From Eledone cirrhosa (Eukaryota), in assembly GCA_964016885.1 (NCBI GenBank), contig CAXHJY010000846.1:1-64000 (forward strand): a stretch of 64,000 bases of DNA, given 5' to 3'. Shown here in pieces: positions 60,040-64,000 of the stretch. How positions within the stretch are numbered: position 1 is the stretch's first letter; each line of letters opens with the position of its first letter. A program made the translations under genes and the position numbers. The notes below the pieces were generated by a model that was given only the letters and a program-made list of their open reading frames with translations, ran no database searches and was not told where the DNA came from.

Positions 60040-61365
60040 AATTGTTTCTACTTTTGGCACAAGGCCAGAAATTATCCCAGTGTATTACTGGTACATTATT
60101 TTATCGACCTTGTAAAGATGAAAGGCAAAGTTAACCTCGGCGAGATTTGAACTCAGATCATAAAGGGAGGTAACTCTATGCTTCAAAGCATGGCGTCCGA
60201 CCCTCTACCGATACTGCCAATCCATAATGGAATCAAATTCTCATTGTCACTGCCTCCGTCGCCCTCGCTCTTCACCTGATTAGATTTATAGTTTATTTCA
60301 TGTGTGTATATTTAATACGTAGGTGTTGAATTGGCCTCATCGTTAGAACATTGGATAGAATGTTTCCCGGTATTCGTTCTGTCTTTCTGCGCTCTGAGTA
60401 CAAATCACGCCGAGGTTAACTCTGCTTTTCATCCTTTCGAGATCGATAAATAAAGTACCATCTCAGTTCTGCGGTCGACTACCCCCTCTCTCTCACACTT
60501 TTACTCTGGAAGAAATCGGCAGGGTTCAGACCTGAATACCCAAGGCTCGCTGTATAGTGCCCCCACGACCCAATCAAGAGTTATGAGCTCATAGCATTAT
60601 ATATCAATGTGGATTGGTAGTATCGGTAGAGGGTCGGACGCCATGCTTTGTAGCATAGAGTTACGCCCCTTTATGGCCTGAGTTAAAATCCCGCCAAGGT
60701 TAACTTTGCCTTTCATCCTTACGGGGTCGATAAAATAAAGTACCAGCAATGCACTGGAATAATTGCTGGCCTTGAGCCAAAATAGAAACAATTATATATC
60801 AGCGTGCAGAAATAGTAGTAGTAGCAACAGCAGAAGTAGAAGTAGTGTTGATTATCTATCAATTAATATTTCTGTAGACGGTGAGTTTGACATGATGGAG
60901 AAATGTTATTGGACTTAAGAACCTTTTTGTTTCAAACGAAAAAAAAAATATCTCCATAGATAATAATTTCTGATTCTAAAAGACCAGCAAATTCTGTGTA
61001 GGTGGGGGGGGGGGGGGGGGCAAATCGTTCGATTATAACGATTCGGGTACTTTACTGGTACTTTATTTTATCTACCTCAGAAGGATGAAGGGCAAAGTTG
61101 AATTTGGTGGGATTTAATCACAGAAAGCAAAGGCCCTTAGCTGACGATCTAACGATTCTCTCAATCGGCTGACCTTCACCCCGCCCCCAAACATGCAAAT
61201 ATATGGATTTCTATAATCACCCCAATTCAGTTACTTCGAAAGGGGAGAATTGGCACTATCGTTAGAGCGTCGGACAACATGAGTTCAAACATAGAGTTAC
61301 AACCCTTTACGTTCTGAGTTCAAATCCCACTTTGCTGGCTTTGCACCTAAATCAGAAACTATTAT
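60040..61365. mobile_element. Cluster of tRNA-derived SINEs in both orientations (60040-60225 -, 60330-60480 +, 60609-60795 +, 61040-61170 -, 61240-61365 +)
   Basis: Shared A/B boxes and the tttcatcct..tcgataaa..aagtacca body. Confidence 0.8.
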
Positions 61366-61834
61366 TTGTCATAGGAAGCAACGGAGCCTACTTTTGCATT
61401 TTCGCACGTGTCTGGGCTTAATCTCCTTGTACGGATGTTCACCTGTTTTACGTCCGGCCAAAGAATATAACAAGACTCACACACTCTACCAAAGCAGCCA
61501 TGAACACGTACGTCTCACTCGGTACAGCTTCCAGACAAAAGAGAGACCGAAAGACCTCATGCACTTCTGATGTGACGTCACTGGTCACTCGTTTCCGACA
61601 AGACCTCCTCTGTAATTCCTACATCCTAGCTCCACATTGTTATCATTAATCCTTTTTTTTTTTTTTGTTATTCATCATGTAAATCAAATTTATGTTCTTA
61701 AACTATTAATACTCAATTAAGGCGACAAATTAATCTGATACATAACTACTGTAATTCAAGTGTGTACCCTCTATTTTGTAGAGATTTCTCATTTCCAACA
61801 TAGTCAGTATTTGCACTTATCAATCAAACTGCTA

Positions 61835-62530
61835 AGGATGTTGTCATGCAGCCTCAACCTGGTGTCATCTAGTCATAGTTTTGCGTGTCTTCCTCGTCTC
61901 CTCTGCCCTTACAGCAGTTTTCTAATCAATTCTGTTGCCACCAGTTTGTCAGCCCTCATCAGGTGACCAAAGTTCTCCAGTTTTCTCCTTTTCATCATAT
62001 CTATGACTGAATATTTTGGTTGTTTTAATAATTGCATTGTTGGTAATAATGACAGAGGATACAACAGGTCCTAGGTGAAATTAGGTAGACGGGGACTGAT
62101 TAGAAGCCCGTCGTTATGTGTACACCTGAAAAGCTCATCGTCGAAACCGACGGAGATTCATTCTATTCCATTCGTTGGTGATATGCTGAATGCAACTAAC
62201 CTTCATCGTCCGCCAATAACTTTACATTTCAAACATTTCTCCTTGTCTCTTTGTTAGGGCCCCAGCATTCGATATTATAAAGTTAGAAGGGCAAACATCA
62301 GCAGCCGCCATCTTGTGCTGAGATGTACCTTCTTCTTACACAGAACCACGTTAGTTTGCTAGAGTTCTTGCTTTAGTTATTCTGCTTTTAATCTCCCGAA
62401 GGCATCGATCATCATTGGTGATATAGAAACCCAAATATGGGAAGCTCTCAACTTCTGTGAGGGTAGCAGCATTTAGAGAAACTGTTATAGGTGTCAGCGA
62501 TTTTTCTTTACTTACTCTCATGAATTTAGT
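61835..62530 (-). mobile_element. Old LINE (RTE-like) C-terminal fragments
   Basis: LTEVESFPYLGFYITNDDRCLREIKSRITKAR; GHLMRADKL..VRAEETRKT. Confidence 0.55.
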
Positions 62531-62793
62531 GTTTTTGATGTATGTATATATGGAACCATAGTTCCTGATGGAGTCGTAGTGGCATTTTAAACATGTCGGA
62601 GCCCACCACCTCGAAAAAATTAAAGACAAAGTTGAACTCGCCGGGATTTGAACTCAGCGTAGAGTGCCGAAACGAATACTATAAAGCATTCTTTCCGACA
62701 TGCTAATGACTTTGCCAATTCGCCGCCAGCCTTTTTTTTTTAATACAATTGACAAAAAAAAAAAAAAAAAAAAAAAAAATCCTTTATTAAAGA

Positions 62794-64000
62794 CTAACAG
62801 AATGGCCCGGCGATGCTCAGGAATTGCTCTAGGGTTCTTATATATTTGATATATATTTATCCTTATCGAGCCTCGTGAAATAAATACGTTTATTTATATT
62901 TTGTTATTGTGTATGCAAAAATATCTGTACACGAATATATAATTATATATATATATATATATATATATGGTGGCTGCCAACTCGTTTTCGAGTACGGCCA
63001 CTACTTTATATCCATGTAGGAGAACCCCTACCGATGCGCTGAACGAGTGTGACTTTTTAGTCCAGCCAGCGACTTGAAAACTCTGGTACAAAGACTACAC
63101 TTGTGACAATTATTGACACATAGTGTTGGGCCCATGGTACCATGTGACGACAAGTGCAGAGAGATCTCCAGATATAAAGCAATGCCTGTGCCGTGAAGCT
63201 TTTATAGTGAGCAAAGGCACTGCACAAAGCCAGTCCCACTCTCTTAACCAAGATGATATTTACCAAAAAGAAGAACAAGTCAACATCATTGGATACCATC
63301 AGGGTTGCAGGTGTTATATCAGAGTTTTCCTTCTCCTAGAATTCTGCCTTGACAAAGGCTAAGGGGTCATCTCTAATTATATATTCGTGTACAGATATAT
63401 TTGCATACACAATAACAAAGTATAAATAAACATATGTATTTCACGAGGCTCGATAAGGATAAATATATATATATATATATATTAAATAACAGATTCAAGT
63501 TTAAGCAAAGAATAGCTGCTTTCACTCTTAACGGGATCTTCTGAAACTAAAAAAATCAATCTGTGAACGCAGAAGTAAATATTTCGAAAAACGTTACACA
63601 CTATATATATAGGTTGAGGAAAAAGAGGAAGAGAGGAAAGGAGTACTCACTCTTCGTACTCCTGGAGATGAGGGTTGCAAATTTGTGATAGTATTTTACA
63701 CGTTTTTATTGTATGTAAACTTCCCCCTTTGTATTTCCCCCTTCTTTTGTGCCTCTGTGGCTAATAAAGAAACATATATATATATATACATATATATACA
63801 CACACACACAAATAGCGTCATAATGTCGTAATGCAGGCAGCCAGACATAGACAGATATTATAAGGGCGAGACGTCGTAGCTATGTATCTATCTAAAAAGA
63901 GACAGACTAAGAATTATAGACAGAGATCGCTAAATCGCCTAATGCAGTCCCTAGGGCATTGAAAATTTGAAATATTGTTTGCTCAAAACACTCACACGAC
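62794..64000 (-). mobile_element. Second copy of Helitron family A, rearranged, running off the window
   Basis: 63810-64000 is the reverse complement of about 21969-22165; the 3' end gagcatcgccgggccattctgttag matches 22541-22564. Confidence 0.8.

Overview
A gene-poor, AT-rich eukaryotic window made almost entirely of transposable elements and microsatellites. I found no host protein-coding gene, rRNA, true tRNA or CRISPR array. The repeat families and the (TA)n/(TATG)n density suggest an octopus or other cephalopod genome; this is an inference. Contents: (1) three Penelope-like retroelements (PLEs) with RT plus C-terminal GIY-YIG endonuclease, two of them resembling the Hydra clade, one of which keeps direct and inverted pseudo-LTRs; (2) seven minimal type I hammerhead-ribozyme-like motifs read by eye (six loci, one present in both pseudo-LTRs), several inside orphan inverted repeats; (3) many RTE LINE pieces of two types, one with a PHD finger after the RT and one BovB-like; (4) two L1/Tx1 3' fragments; (5) an internally deleted Gypsy LTR element; (6) DD37D, DD34D and rosa-like Tc1/mariner relics; (7) several Helitrons, including head-to-tail arrays and a deleted element with STPR-like repeats and a Pif1 helicase tail; (8) piggyBac-type and hAT MITEs, tRNA-derived SINEs and several satellites. 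All motifs and coordinates were read manually, so element boundaries are approximate.
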